The position numbers and the translations under genes were made by a program. 64,000 bases of DNA, from the IMG/VR virus record IMGVR_UViG_3300047472_000449; one strand, given 5' to 3'. The notes under the pieces were generated by a model. It saw only the letters and a program-made list of their open reading frames with translations. It did no database searches and had not been told where the DNA came from. Of this stretch, positions 47,276 through 56,672 are shown piece by piece. This DNA comes from a virus. How positions within the stretch are numbered: the stretch's first letter is position 1; each line of letters starts with the position of its first letter.

Positions 47276-48004
47276 TTACTTCGCGCCAGTGACGTGGCGG
47301 ATGGCTCGCCACGTTTCCAGGCCGCGAGTTTTCAGTTTTTCGATTTCTTCAGGGCCAAAATGCGGCACCGGCCCATTCAGCCAGTCCATGAAAGTTCTGG
47401 TCTTGTCGCCCAGGAAAACGGTGTTCGGTTGATAAGGCAGTACTTCAAGCAGTCGGCGATACAGCGGTCTGGAGTGAGAGATAACAACGATCAGCTTGAG
47501 CTGATGATCAGGCTCAATCATTTGCTGGGCAATGTACTCACCCAGCGCACCTGCGTACTCTTCAGACAGGCCGATGTCCGGTTCGTCGAGCACCAGCACC
47601 GAGGGCGAGTCATCCTGCTTGCAGGATCTGAGGCCCATCAGGACGGCACTGACGCTATTAACCCCGGTGCTGGAGTCTGACTCATCGCCAAACACCATTG
47701 CTCGTTCGAAACCGGAAGTGGTTCGATTGGTCATCGACACGACGCGCTTACCAAAGCCGCATTTTTTAGCAGCGGTTGCAGCCACACTGGCCATAATGGA
47801 CTTGCCGCTGGCATTGATGCCAGCGATCAGCATGACGGGAATGTTGTCGCCGACCATTTGAACAGTGCGCTGAAGCGGTGGGTTGTCTTCAGGCTCATCA
47901 TCACAAAAGATCATCATGTTTTGAAGGGAATTTTGAATCTCACCGTTCAGTGTAGGCAGGTCCAATTGGGTGATCTGTTCTTTATTACTGTCGGTCATGG
48001 TCAT
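47276..48004 (-). CDS. solo ABC-type P-loop ATPase
   Basis: Walker A AGINASGKS; Walker B/D-loop VLVLDEPDIGLS; H-loop IVVISHS. Confidence 0.8.
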   Translation of the reverse strand: MTMTDSNKEQITQLDLPTLNGEIQNSLQNMMIFCDDEPEDNPPLQRTVQMVGDNIPVMLIAGINASGKSIMASVAATAAKKCGFGKRVVSMTNRTTSGFERAMVFGDESDSSTGVNSVSAVLMGLRSCKQDDSPSVLVLDEPDIGLSEEYAGALGEYIAQQMIEPDHQLKLIVVISHSRPLYRRLLEVLPYQPNTVFLGDKTRTFMDWLNGPVPHFGPEEIEKLKTRGLETWRAIRHVTGAK

Positions 48005-48107
48005 TGTCCGTAGAATATTGTGCCATTGTAGTTAACAAACCGTTCATTGTCAACCATAGTGACACGCAAATCACCTTACGCGATGCGTAAGAATTGCCCA
48101 GCGGGGG

Positions 48108-48482
48108 CTAGTTCAGTACCTTCCCCACAATCCCGATTTCCATCAGCAGACCAATAATCTGACTTTGTTCCCATGAAAGATCGGCGAACACGGTTTTGTT
48201 CTCGGAACTGACGCCCTGCTGAAGCGTCACCCCCACACCGTCTTTTTTAATGACATAACTGATACGACCGAAGCGCTCAGACCGGCTTGTGACGACGCAG
48301 GCTGGGCTGTAATCCTTGAGTCGGGCAATCCAGCCACTCGAATCAGGATGGTCCTGGCTGCGCATGAAAACGGTGACTTCAGTGTTTGTCATAGGCAAAG
48401 AGGAATTGATTTGACTCATGAACGGCTCCGCCAGGGGACAGCAGGTTTGGGCAACAGCGAAATCACTGTTGGACTTGTACAC
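48108..48482 (-). CDS. hypothetical protein
   Basis: 124 aa ORF. Confidence 0.55.
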   Translation of the reverse strand: MYKSNSDFAVAQTCCPLAEPFMSQINSSLPMTNTEVTVFMRSQDHPDSSGWIARLKDYSPACVVTSRSERFGRISYVIKKDGVGVTLQQGVSSENKTVFADLSWEQSQIIGLLMEIGIVGKVLN

Positions 48483-48543
48483 TGTCGGTTGTCATCGGTA
48501 ATGAACGTAAGGCGCCCATCTGAGCGCCTAATGATTGTTGCGA

Positions 48544-48942
48544 TTACTCGACCAGAAACTCGGTCAGCGTTGCGGCGGCATGCCACTGCGCATAGGCGAG
48601 CTGTTTTTCGACAGGGGCATGTTCAACCTGCGCCCAGCCATTGTTGAAGTCGAAACGGTAATTGCCCTTGGCGCGCTCGGCCTTGAGGTCAAGCCAATCA
48701 ATCACCGCTTGGCGGCTGAAGCGCCCTTCACGCGGTATTACGCCGTCGTTGAGATCAAAGGACAGGTCTTTGGTCAGGCTCATCCAGCCGTAGTCCAGCA
48801 TCACCGGTACAGGCTTGTCCCGTACTTGGCTGGTGCCGTTGCCGGTATCGAAGCCATTTTTCTTGACCATGCTGGCAACGTAGTTGTCACAGTACGCGAT
48901 CAGAGCCTTTTTGCTGAAGCGAGCGCCGTCGAAGATAAGCAT
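48544..48942 (-). CDS. hypothetical protein, GFD/E family copy 1
   Basis: ARFSKKALIAYC...KKNGFDTGNGTSQV; perfect promoter at 48970-48998. Confidence 0.75.
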   Translation of the reverse strand: MLIFDGARFSKKALIAYCDNYVASMVKKNGFDTGNGTSQVRDKPVPVMLDYGWMSLTKDLSFDLNDGVIPREGRFSRQAVIDWLDLKAERAKGNYRFDFNNGWAQVEHAPVEKQLAYAQWHAAATLTEFLVE

Positions 48943-49136
48943 GATTTTGTCTCTCGATCTGAAGTGTCTATTATAGGCAGGCGCAATCACAATGTCAATA
49001 CCAGTGACATTGCGAGACGCAGCCTTCAGGTGATATTTGCCTAGGATAAAGGCAGGCGTAAGAACTGATTTGTGAGTTCAATCAGTTCGTTTAGGAGGGC
49101 TCAGAAGGTGAACGAGAAGCCAGGGCTTTTCTTGAT

Positions 49137-49400
49137 TCAATCAAGGTGCTTTTTGCCTAAAAGGCCTGAGCCAAGCTCATTTGTAATAGGTGATGCCTCT
49201 TGTCCGGCGCACTGCGATTTGAGTGCAAACCAAATTCCGCCGAACGTCCCTACACACAGCAAGGCAATCCCTCCCACAATTAGAAGCCAGCTTATTGGAG
49301 CCACGAAGAAAAATATCACAGCAATGACACAGATGAAGGAGTACAAAAAACCTCCAACTTTTTTAGTGATAGCGGAAAATTTATTCTTTAATAATTGCAT
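49137..49400 (-). CDS. small membrane protein
   Basis: two TM-like segments. Confidence 0.6.
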   Translation of the reverse strand: MQLLKNKFSAITKKVGGFLYSFICVIAVIFFFVAPISWLLIVGGIALLCVGTFGGIWFALKSQCAGQEASPITNELGSGLLGKKHLD

Positions 49401-49811
49401 TTAGGCAATCCTCATTATTCTTGTGTAAAATCACGGCGTGGGTATCGAAACAGGAGCCCAGAAAAGAATTCTATCATTACATCTGACCTTATTAATACAG
49501 TTTTGTGATTACAATAAAATAACGCTGACCTTTATTTATCCATTACTCCATTACAAAAAAGACATCAACCGGTACTGGCTGGCTGGCTGTCTTTTGTTGT
49601 TGCCCAGCATGGGCGCAATCTTGTGGAAGAAGGCCATGCGGTACGCTGACCACGGCGAACGACGTGTAGCGCAATTACATGAGGGCGACCGAGTGGGGGG
49701 ATGCGTGAATCGAGCCTGTGATCCAATGGACAAGAACCGGATACACACCGATGCCGACCGGGGTGAGCGAGGAACAAATCGCAAGGCTCTGTATTGACGG
49801 CAAAGAGCAAT

Positions 49812-49843
49812 AAAAAAGGCCTTCACATCGCTGTGAAGGCCTT
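49812..49843 (-). terminator. ssrA terminator
   Basis: AAAGGCCTTCAC/GTGAAGGCCTTTTTT directly after the tmRNA CCA end. Confidence 0.85.
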
Positions 49844-49851
49844 TGTCGTTT

Positions 49852-50240
49852 TGGTGGAGCCGGGGGGATTTGAACCCCCGTCCGTCAGTACTCCGCTGTC
49901 GGTACTACATGCGTAGCCAGATCTATTAAGTTAACCCGTGGCGACCCGATTGGCAGGGTGCGTTGGGCGAGTCGTGTAATGTTTAACTGCTTCGTCCACG
50001 ACGTACTAGGCAGCGATCCTGTTCTATCTGACAATCAGTTCGGGTTTACAGGCATCCCCTAGTGACTGCTGGCACCGAAGTGACCAGAAGTGCATGTCAG
50101 CTGCAATTAAGCAGCGAGAGCAGCACCGAAGGTTTCGTCATTGGCAACTATAAAAGTCGCAACAGTGGATTTACGAGTTCTGTTACCAACTCGGCATGCA
50201 CCTAAAGTTTCGTTACCAGCGTCGAATCCTAATCGGCCCC
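49852..50240 (-). ncRNA. ssrA: tmRNA (389 nt), tag ANDETFGAALAA
   Basis: 5' GGGGCCGATTAGGATTCGAC, 3' GGTTCAAATCCCCCCGGCTCCACCA with G3:U70 pair; tag codons 50145-50107. Confidence 0.97.
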
Positions 50241-50250
50241 AGTGGTTGTT

Positions 50251-50279
50251 ATAATAGTCAAAGTAGATGCCTGTGTCAA
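50251..50279 (-). promoter_or_regulatory. sigma70 promoter of ssrA
   Basis: TTGACA(50274-50279)-17-TATTAT. Confidence 0.8.
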
Positions 50280-50369
50280 CACTTTCTTTAACTTTTACAG
50301 CGTTTTTTGTAATCATTGAGCCGTATGCTACTTGTCACGGGCGCACTATGGGTGCCCAGGCCAGCTGGA

Positions 50370-50669
50370 TCAATCAATCTTGATTGATACTTCAGTTTGG
50401 ATCGACAGCGGCTGATAACGCAGGGCACGGAAAGTCTTTTTCGAATACCCTGCCGAGTTGCTCTTGATCCACTCGATCAACTCGGCTTCGGTGTCAAAGC
50501 CAATCACTCGTGGCTGATGATGCGTTTCCATCGTTGGTTTTGGGTCTGGCGGGCCGTAATCGTCGCCCATGGCGCTGTAAGAGTCGTCATGAATGACAAT
50601 GAATTGAGTCGTTTCCGGAAGCTCCGAAAGACGACAGATCGTCCGGCCACTGCGTTTGCTATTAAACAT
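50370..50669 (-). CDS. hypothetical protein
   Basis: probable start MFNSKRSG after AAGGA. Confidence 0.7.
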   Translation of the reverse strand: MFNSKRSGRTICRLSELPETTQFIVIHDDSYSAMGDDYGPPDPKPTMETHHQPRVIGFDTEAELIEWIKSNSAGYSKKTFRALRYQPLSIQTEVSIKID

Positions 50670-50753
50670 TCTGTTTTCCTTTTTTGATCGGCGTTCCTGA
50701 ATTACTTGGCTGCGCATGGACGTTAAAAGCGTACATGCGCAGCTGGAGTGGAG

Positions 50754-51338
50754 CTAAGGCAGAACCTCATAACCGCGAGCAATGGCTTGTCGCGTAGCTT
50801 CAGCCTTATTCAGCCACTCATGCTTGGAGCCAGTGAACGTCCACCGCTGGTAGTCGATCTTGATGATTTCAACCACCTGGACAGGTGGTTTCTCATCGCT
50901 CGACACATGTGTAAATTTGGCCACCAGCTTTCCATCGACGTTCACCACGTCGAAAAACTCAGGGATAGGCAGGGTGCGCACCTTCCCTTCTGCGTTGCGG
51001 AAAACCACTACGGCGCGCTTGGCAGACTCATCCCAGGCTTCGGTGATCATGGTGCAAAGACCGCCTTCATAATGGCGGTAGACGCCGCCATTGAAGTGAC
51101 GCTCACCCATGGAGTCGATGGCTTGCTGCCACTCGATGACCGTGGAAAACTTCACCGTCACCCCGTGAGAAGGATAGGTCTGTGTGCCAGCACGGAACAC
51201 TTCCGGGTTGTCCCAGTCGCCCGGCTCACCAACGGCATGGAAGCTAAAGTCCATGAAATTGCAAAAGCTGGCGAGGGTTTCGACACTCAGGCCTTCGCAC
51301 GGAATTTCGACCGGCTTATTGCGGTGGCAATCGTACAT
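50754..51338 (-). CDS. hypothetical protein
   Basis: 194 aa ORF with AAGGAG SD. Confidence 0.75.
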   Translation of the reverse strand: MYDCHRNKPVEIPCEGLSVETLASFCNFMDFSFHAVGEPGDWDNPEVFRAGTQTYPSHGVTVKFSTVIEWQQAIDSMGERHFNGGVYRHYEGGLCTMITEAWDESAKRAVVVFRNAEGKVRTLPIPEFFDVVNVDGKLVAKFTHVSSDEKPPVQVVEIIKIDYQRWTFTGSKHEWLNKAEATRQAIARGYEVLP

Positions 51339-51349
51339 AGCTGGCTCCT

Positions 51350-51562
51350 TTAACGTGCTTTTGCGGCATTTCGGATATTGCGCTCAATGCGGCGAGCGCG
51401 TTTTTCTTGGGCCTGGGCATCGCGCAAATTATGGTGGCGCATGCTGTTGGGTGTTTCACCCACAGACTTCAGGAACTCTTGTCCCTTGGTCATCGGCTCC
51501 GGCCATTTATCCTGATGCAGCTTCATGTGCGCTCCTGAATGCCAAAGGCCTGCATTGAGCAC
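51350..51562 (-). CDS. small basic protein
   Basis: probable start MKLHQDK after GGAG. Confidence 0.55.
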   Translation of the reverse strand: MLNAGLWHSGAHMKLHQDKWPEPMTKGQEFLKSVGETPNSMRHHNLRDAQAQEKRARRIERNIRNAAKAR

Positions 51563-51622
51563 TGCCTTGAATGTTTGATTATAATACCTGAATAATTACT
51601 CATTGTCAATGATGCAAACCAT

Positions 51623-52744
51623 TCAGTCGTTGTTGGCTGCCTCAAATTTGGCAATAAGGTCACTGTCTGATTTTTGCGTAAAATGGTCGGCTCTGGGGGT
51701 CGGCAACGTTGCTACAACCTTGTACTCGGCGTTCTGATTGAAATAATCATGAACTGCCTTGTAGAGCGGTAGCGGGCGGTTATCCAGATAGCGGCCTGAC
51801 CAGGAGAACTGGTTTAGCTCAATCACCTGATACCCGGCCTCAGTGTCCGCAACGTCCACCACGTAGGCGATGGGCAGGACATGCTGTTGGACCTGGGCAA
51901 ACGCTTGGGCAAACTCCCGCACGGCTTTGGGCACGGGTAGCGACACATAGTCGGTGTAGCGCGAGACGCTGTGAGCTTCACCGTTGAAGACAAAACAGCG
52001 AAACTCACGCGTTCCGCTGTCACTCAGTTCGTCGCGCTTAATACTCATGACTTCACTGGTGATGAAATCAGTAGTCAGTGGCACGTAGACAGGCGCCTCT
52101 TTGATCATCCCTTCGCGATACGGGCAGAACCAATCAGGTTTCTGGAAGCGCAGGGCATAGGCGTCGTCCGTCGCGACGGCTCCTGTAAAGCGATTAGGGA
52201 TCGATTCAATCGAAACGAACATATCGGCCAGCTCTGAGGGCTCCCGAAAGATGTGGCGCAGGCTGGTTTCGCTGGAGGGGCCTTTATCGGAGCCCTTGAT
52301 GAACAACGGGAGCGTCAGCGCGCCAGTTTGCAGGCGTTCAATAAAATCCGCTTTTTCGACGTAATCGACTTTGCGTGACAGAAAGGTCTCGGCTTGCTCG
52401 ATCACCAGTGGCCAGCGCGCAACGGTCGCGTTGTCCTCAATGCTCAGCAGCGACTCGAACCCGGCCACGGTGGTCACATGCCGGGTGTTGCAACGACGTA
52501 GCACTCGCCACTGGCTGCGATCCAGGGTGTCCAGATCCACGTTACTGTCCAGCACCGCGCCGCTAGGGTCGTAGGCTACGAACGGAATGCGTGTTGAGCG
52601 AAGGCTGTAAGCCTCAAGACCGCGTTCGCGCAGAATGCAGTAGCGCTGGCTTTCATCCACGTCATCGAAATGGTGCGCCGCAATGGCCAGGGCATCGCGG
52701 TATTGACTGAGGTTGGTAAACTCGATGGCAATGATAACGTTCAT
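51623..52744 (-). CDS. ATP-grasp domain protein (R2K/DUF4343 type)
   Basis: LPLFIKG...REFRCFVFNG...SRY...YVVDVADT...VIELNQFSWSGRY. Confidence 0.75.
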   Translation of the reverse strand: MNVIIAIEFTNLSQYRDALAIAAHHFDDVDESQRYCILRERGLEAYSLRSTRIPFVAYDPSGAVLDSNVDLDTLDRSQWRVLRRCNTRHVTTVAGFESLLSIEDNATVARWPLVIEQAETFLSRKVDYVEKADFIERLQTGALTLPLFIKGSDKGPSSETSLRHIFREPSELADMFVSIESIPNRFTGAVATDDAYALRFQKPDWFCPYREGMIKEAPVYVPLTTDFITSEVMSIKRDELSDSGTREFRCFVFNGEAHSVSRYTDYVSLPVPKAVREFAQAFAQVQQHVLPIAYVVDVADTEAGYQVIELNQFSWSGRYLDNRPLPLYKAVHDYFNQNAEYKVVATLPTPRADHFTQKSDSDLIAKFEAANND

Positions 52745-52764
52745 AGGGTTCCTGGCGATGCGAG

Positions 52765-52974
52765 TTAGGCGTAAGACAGCTTGGCTTTAATCCGGCCACG
52801 GGTGGCCTTCTTGAGCTTTGCAGCCCGCTTGCGCTGGCGGATCGTACTGGGGGTCGTCACGTTGTTCAGCCACTCGCGTGGAATTTCCACCCACACTCCC
52901 CGGCGCTTGCGGTAAAACTTCCCATCAATTTCCTTTCGCATTGACGCGTTTCCCGTTTTTAATTCTGGCTGCAA
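52765..52974 (-). CDS. small basic protein
   Basis: KFYRKRRGVWVEIPREW. Confidence 0.6.
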   Translation of the reverse strand: MQPELKTGNASMRKEIDGKFYRKRRGVWVEIPREWLNNVTTPSTIRQRKRAAKLKKATRGRIKAKLSYA

Positions 52975-53223
52975 GATTCAGCAATGATTTCGGCGCCGAC
53001 TTGACGCAGGGTGCGCTCTGCTTCGCTCAGCTGATTGTTGGCAAAATCGACGCTGTAAAGCATGCCGTCGATGCCCCAGAAGCAATGGGCGTAATTAAGG
53101 CCACTGTGAGCGTGCTGAATTCGCTGTTTTCCTGATAGCTGCATGTTGGCGCCCCTCAAGTCTCTGCCCTGCCCCCATTGGCAAGGCTTTTAAAACCAAG
53201 CTGTTGATCTTTAGAACCCAGCT

Positions 53224-53625
53224 TTACCCCAAAAACCGCCAGCTTTTCATCTTGTCGGCTGCTTGCCAGAAGGCAAAGTCCATTTTCACATTGAAATCTT
53301 TGTGCATCACCTGGGCAAACGAACGTTGCGGTTCAAAACCATGCTTTTGCTGGTAATCATCAGCCAAGCTTTTCAGGTAATCCTGCACCGCTTCGATGCT
53401 GAAGCGCCCCTGCGCATTGTAGATCTTGCCTTCATAGGTCAGATCTTTGATGATTTTGCACAACCGGGCGGTGGCGTAGGCTTCCAGGGTGGCGGAGTCC
53501 TCACCGCGCATCTGTTCACAACTCCCAGTGGTGTCAAACAGGTAGCTGCGTTCCAGGCGCTCAACCATGTCAGTGCAGTAGGCAAATCCCATGGCCGCTT
53601 CAGGACGGGCGATGTTGTGCATCAT
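53224..53625 (-). CDS. hypothetical protein, GFD/E family copy 2
   Basis: GRFSIEAVQDYL...QKHGFEPQRSFAQV. Confidence 0.75.
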   Translation of the reverse strand: MMHNIARPEAAMGFAYCTDMVERLERSYLFDTTGSCEQMRGEDSATLEAYATARLCKIIKDLTYEGKIYNAQGRFSIEAVQDYLKSLADDYQQKHGFEPQRSFAQVMHKDFNVKMDFAFWQAADKMKSWRFLG

Positions 53626-53638
53626 GGCGAGACGTTCC

Positions 53639-53887
53639 TTAAGCCGTTACGGCGTTTTGTTCTGCCAGCATCTTGTTGGCGATGGTCGCTGCCAGACGTT
53701 GGTAATGAGTATGGTCGGTGTCGCGAGGTACAGTGCCCCAGTGCAGGATGAATAGATCGCAGGCTTGGCGAATCGGCATATTCATCATCAGGTTATACTG
53801 AGTACGGGCCAAATCATAAAACTTGCGGCACAGTCGTGCTGGTTTTTGATGAGAAGGCATGCCTTTGATCGCGGGGGTGAGGTACAT
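53639..53887 (-). CDS. hypothetical protein
   Basis: 82 aa; promoter TTGACA(53947-53952)-17-TATACT. Confidence 0.65.
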   Translation of the reverse strand: MYLTPAIKGMPSHQKPARLCRKFYDLARTQYNLMMNMPIRQACDLFILHWGTVPRDTDHTHYQRLAATIANKMLAEQNAVTA

Positions 53888-54028
53888 GGCGACATCCTGG
53901 GGTTTTGTTCAACTGATGAGCACAGTATATCGAGCAGTACATCATTTGTCAATGGCATTTACCACAAACAACATTGCCCCGCGTGATTAATTCAGGCGGG
54001 GTGTCGTTGATTGCGTCAGTGGCGTGGA

Positions 54029-54484
54029 TTAAAACCGAGGATCTACCACATTGGTTAGGAACAGTGCGTCTTGGATTTCGCCCTCATGCACAACAATCAA
54101 TTGCCATTGCGCCTGGGCATCCAGCTTTAGCGCTTCTTGCCAATACTCCATGGCCACTGTGAAGGCCAACACTTCGATACTGCAATGCTCCCAGTAATGG
54201 CCATTCTTGTCGCGCACCTGAAAGCCAACGATACCCGGCTGGGCCTCTTCGACCGGAGTTTCGAAGGTCGGTTCATCGAGGTCACCTTCGTGTACGGCGC
54301 ACAGGCGGTACTCATCAGAGCTTTGACTCGCTGCGCGAAAATGATCCAGCGCTGTGGTGTGCTCTAGCACCGCATTGTCTGCCCGATCCGCCCAGCACTC
54401 GCCGCTTTCCGGGCGTTGTACCTGAAAGCCGATGATCCTCGGATAATCGGCGCAGTCCTGAGCGTAGAGGTGGTATTTGTTCAT
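54029..54484 (-). CDS. hypothetical protein made of two tandem repeats of about 65 aa
   Basis: IIGFQV...VHEGDL repeated as IVGFQV...VHEGEI. Confidence 0.75.
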   Translation of the reverse strand: MNKYHLYAQDCADYPRIIGFQVQRPESGECWADRADNAVLEHTTALDHFRAASQSSDEYRLCAVHEGDLDEPTFETPVEEAQPGIVGFQVRDKNGHYWEHCSIEVLAFTVAMEYWQEALKLDAQAQWQLIVVHEGEIQDALFLTNVVDPRF

Positions 54485-54561
54485 GGCGAGAGGGTGTCCT
54501 TGAGTCGTTACAGGGCATCATACAGCCCTAAGGCGCCACGGTGGGCGCCTCGGGTGTTCGA

Positions 54562-55038
54562 TTACTTGGTAAAGGTCTTTTCGTCCATGGAGTACACCAC
54601 GAAGCGTTCATCAAGATCGGTGAGCGCCGGTTTGACATCAGACCATTTCAGCTTTCCGTTCTGACCACCAGGAACCGGCAGATAGATCTTGGTCAGGTTG
54701 AACTTGTCGCACAGTTGTACCAGCTCTCGAACCGACTTCTTGATCAAAGCCAGATCGCTGTTTTCACGCCATTTGTGCTTGGTTGGGAAGGCGACAACAC
54801 GGATCGGCTTCCCTTGGAAGATTTGGGTGCCGAGGTTGAAGACGCGATTGCCGTGTTCGACCAGGAGCTTGCCGAGCTTTACATCAATGTCCTGGAAGGT
54901 GTCACGAGCGAACTTCGCGGTGCCCTGCCCCATGACGGCGAGACCGTCTTTTTTGACTTCGCCATTGGTGGTCACGCAGATCACGTCACGCTCTTCACAG
55001 GTTTTGTACGGGTTACCAACCAGGGTCGAGAATGTCAT
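54562..55038 (-). CDS. phage-type Macro (ADP-ribose-binding/processing)-like protein
   Basis: ICVTTNGEVKKDGLAVMGQGTA...VVAFPTKHKWRENSDLALI...IYLPVPGGQNGKLKW. Confidence 0.75.
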   Translation of the reverse strand: MTFSTLVGNPYKTCEERDVICVTTNGEVKKDGLAVMGQGTAKFARDTFQDIDVKLGKLLVEHGNRVFNLGTQIFQGKPIRVVAFPTKHKWRENSDLALIKKSVRELVQLCDKFNLTKIYLPVPGGQNGKLKWSDVKPALTDLDERFVVYSMDEKTFTK

Positions 55039-55170
55039 GGTATTGTCCTCAATGTGTCAACAGAAAGAGCGTGCCGAGGCTACCGCTCTGTTGCGACGTT
55101 CGCTGATTTCAGCAGAACGCCTTCCTTTGTTCGATGAGGTCATTATACTCAAGCTGGCACCAATTGTCAA

Positions 55171-55899
55171 TCACATTGACTGCAAATTAGTGTCTTCTGC
55201 TGCTGGTATGACGGGCAGTACGTTCATGAAATTAAGCGTCTTGGTCTCGCCACGTCGCACCAGGGTAATGGTGGTGGCTTGATCGTTGGTAACCAGTGAT
55301 TCAACCATCCAATTGAAGTACAGGTGGGCACAGACGGCGTGTAGATCGTCTTTAAACAAGAGTGCCTGGGGGTAACGCGCTTTAATTTCCTTGGCTTCTT
55401 TTTCATAAGCGTACGGACGGTTGATGTATTTCCAGGGTTTAAACTTCGACACATAGATCGGGCTGGCGGGATGACCGTAGGCGACCATGCCCTCATCTGC
55501 CATGCGAAAATCCAGTACATTGAATTTCTTGAACATCATTAATTCAACCACGTTCTCAATGTCGCTTTGCTTGGCCAGAGGAAGTTGCTTGATGGCTTTG
55601 CGCCGACAAAAGCGGGTCTTTGCCTCCACATAAAGAGCCAGTAATGCCATTGCAACGAGCGCCAATACGAATAGCCCAACAATCGGAATAACAATCCAGA
55701 CTGGAAGGAAGAAAAACAATCCTAAAGTTGAGAAAAACAAGCCAAGCATACCCGCGCCTGCGGCCTCCAGTGTTCCCATGTTGTAGATCAACAGTGACAT
55801 TAGGAAAACCGTAATAAGAAATCCGCTGACATGCAGTGAATCTGCAATGCTAAGGCCAAATGTAAAGACAGCTAAGCTTTCGCCGAGAAGAATATCCAT
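55171..55899 (-). CDS. membrane protein, paralog of 55909-56541
   Basis: N-terminal TMs; PYAYEKEA...LYFNWMVESL. Confidence 0.8.
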   Translation of the reverse strand: MDILLGESLAVFTFGLSIADSLHVSGFLITVFLMSLLIYNMGTLEAAGAGMLGLFFSTLGLFFFLPVWIVIPIVGLFVLALVAMALLALYVEAKTRFCRRKAIKQLPLAKQSDIENVVELMMFKKFNVLDFRMADEGMVAYGHPASPIYVSKFKPWKYINRPYAYEKEAKEIKARYPQALLFKDDLHAVCAHLYFNWMVESLVTNDQATTITLVRRGETKTLNFMNVLPVIPAAEDTNLQSM

Positions 55900-55908
55900 G
55901 TAAATTCC

Positions 55909-56541
55909 TTAATGCCATTTAACATTGAATTGAAGTTTCTTTACTTCATTGCGTCTGGTTAAAGTTAGTGTATAGGTGTGTTCATTGGCCTCTAACCCTT
56001 CGATTACCCAATTGAAATACAAGTAACTACACAACATATGCAGTTCCTGGGAGGTAATCAACATCGGATAAGCCATAGCGATGTAGTCGGCCTCCTTTTC
56101 GTAAATATATGGGGTGTTGACCGGTCTCCAAGTTCCTATTGGCGAAAGCATCAGAGGATCTTCGACGGGGCCTTTTACAACGACTCCAGCTTGCATGCGA
56201 AAGTCGGTAAGTTTTTTGCCTTCCTGTATTTGTTTTACTACAGCCTCGATTTCCTCATTGTTGGCTTCTGGAAAATATTGGCTAACCTTGGCACGATCTC
56301 TTTTAGTAATTGCAGTCTCGTATTTTTCACCGATGATAATGGCTAATATCAACAGCCCGATTAGACCAACCAGCACGAGGAGTATCCAGGGTGAGAAGGA
56401 ATAGCAGACTGCCATAAACATGATAACGCTGGCGATCATGCTCCGGCCCTGAACTTCGTTGCTTGGGGATATCTGCGTTATCCACAGGCAGACGACAAAG
56501 ATAAAAATCAGTATTACAGTAAATAAGGTAGAGTCGCTCAA
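55909..56541 (-). CDS. membrane protein, paralog of 55171-55899
   Basis: N-terminal TMs; PYIYEKEA...LYFNWVIEGL. Confidence 0.8.
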   Translation of the reverse strand: MSDSTLFTVILIFIFVVCLWITQISPSNEVQGRSMIASVIMFMAVCYSFSPWILLVLVGLIGLLILAIIIGEKYETAITKRDRAKVSQYFPEANNEEIEAVVKQIQEGKKLTDFRMQAGVVVKGPVEDPLMLSPIGTWRPVNTPYIYEKEADYIAMAYPMLITSQELHMLCSYLYFNWVIEGLEANEHTYTLTLTRRNEVKKLQFNVKWH

Positions 56542-56672
56542 GATACTTCCTCGTTGTGAATGGCTCGACGCTCATTTCAATCAGGAGGAAGTCGGCTTTA
56601 TTGCTTAGATATTCAACCATTAACTGATTATTAATGCAAGACTGCTGTTTTAATTGCAGCCATTGTGTTGCC

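Noticed and set aside
49438-49810. ORFs between the small membrane gene and the ssrA terminator
   Set aside because: Overlapping frames have no convincing start or motif; I could not decide between a decayed gene and non-coding DNA.
49852-49900. tmRNA 3' end as the attachment site of an integrated island
   Set aside because: I saw no integrase and no duplicated 3' fragment in the window; the gene content is similar on both sides.
50107-50316. 69-aa ORF ending ANDETFGAALAA
   Set aside because: It is the tmRNA tag frame read through the RNA gene, not a protein gene.
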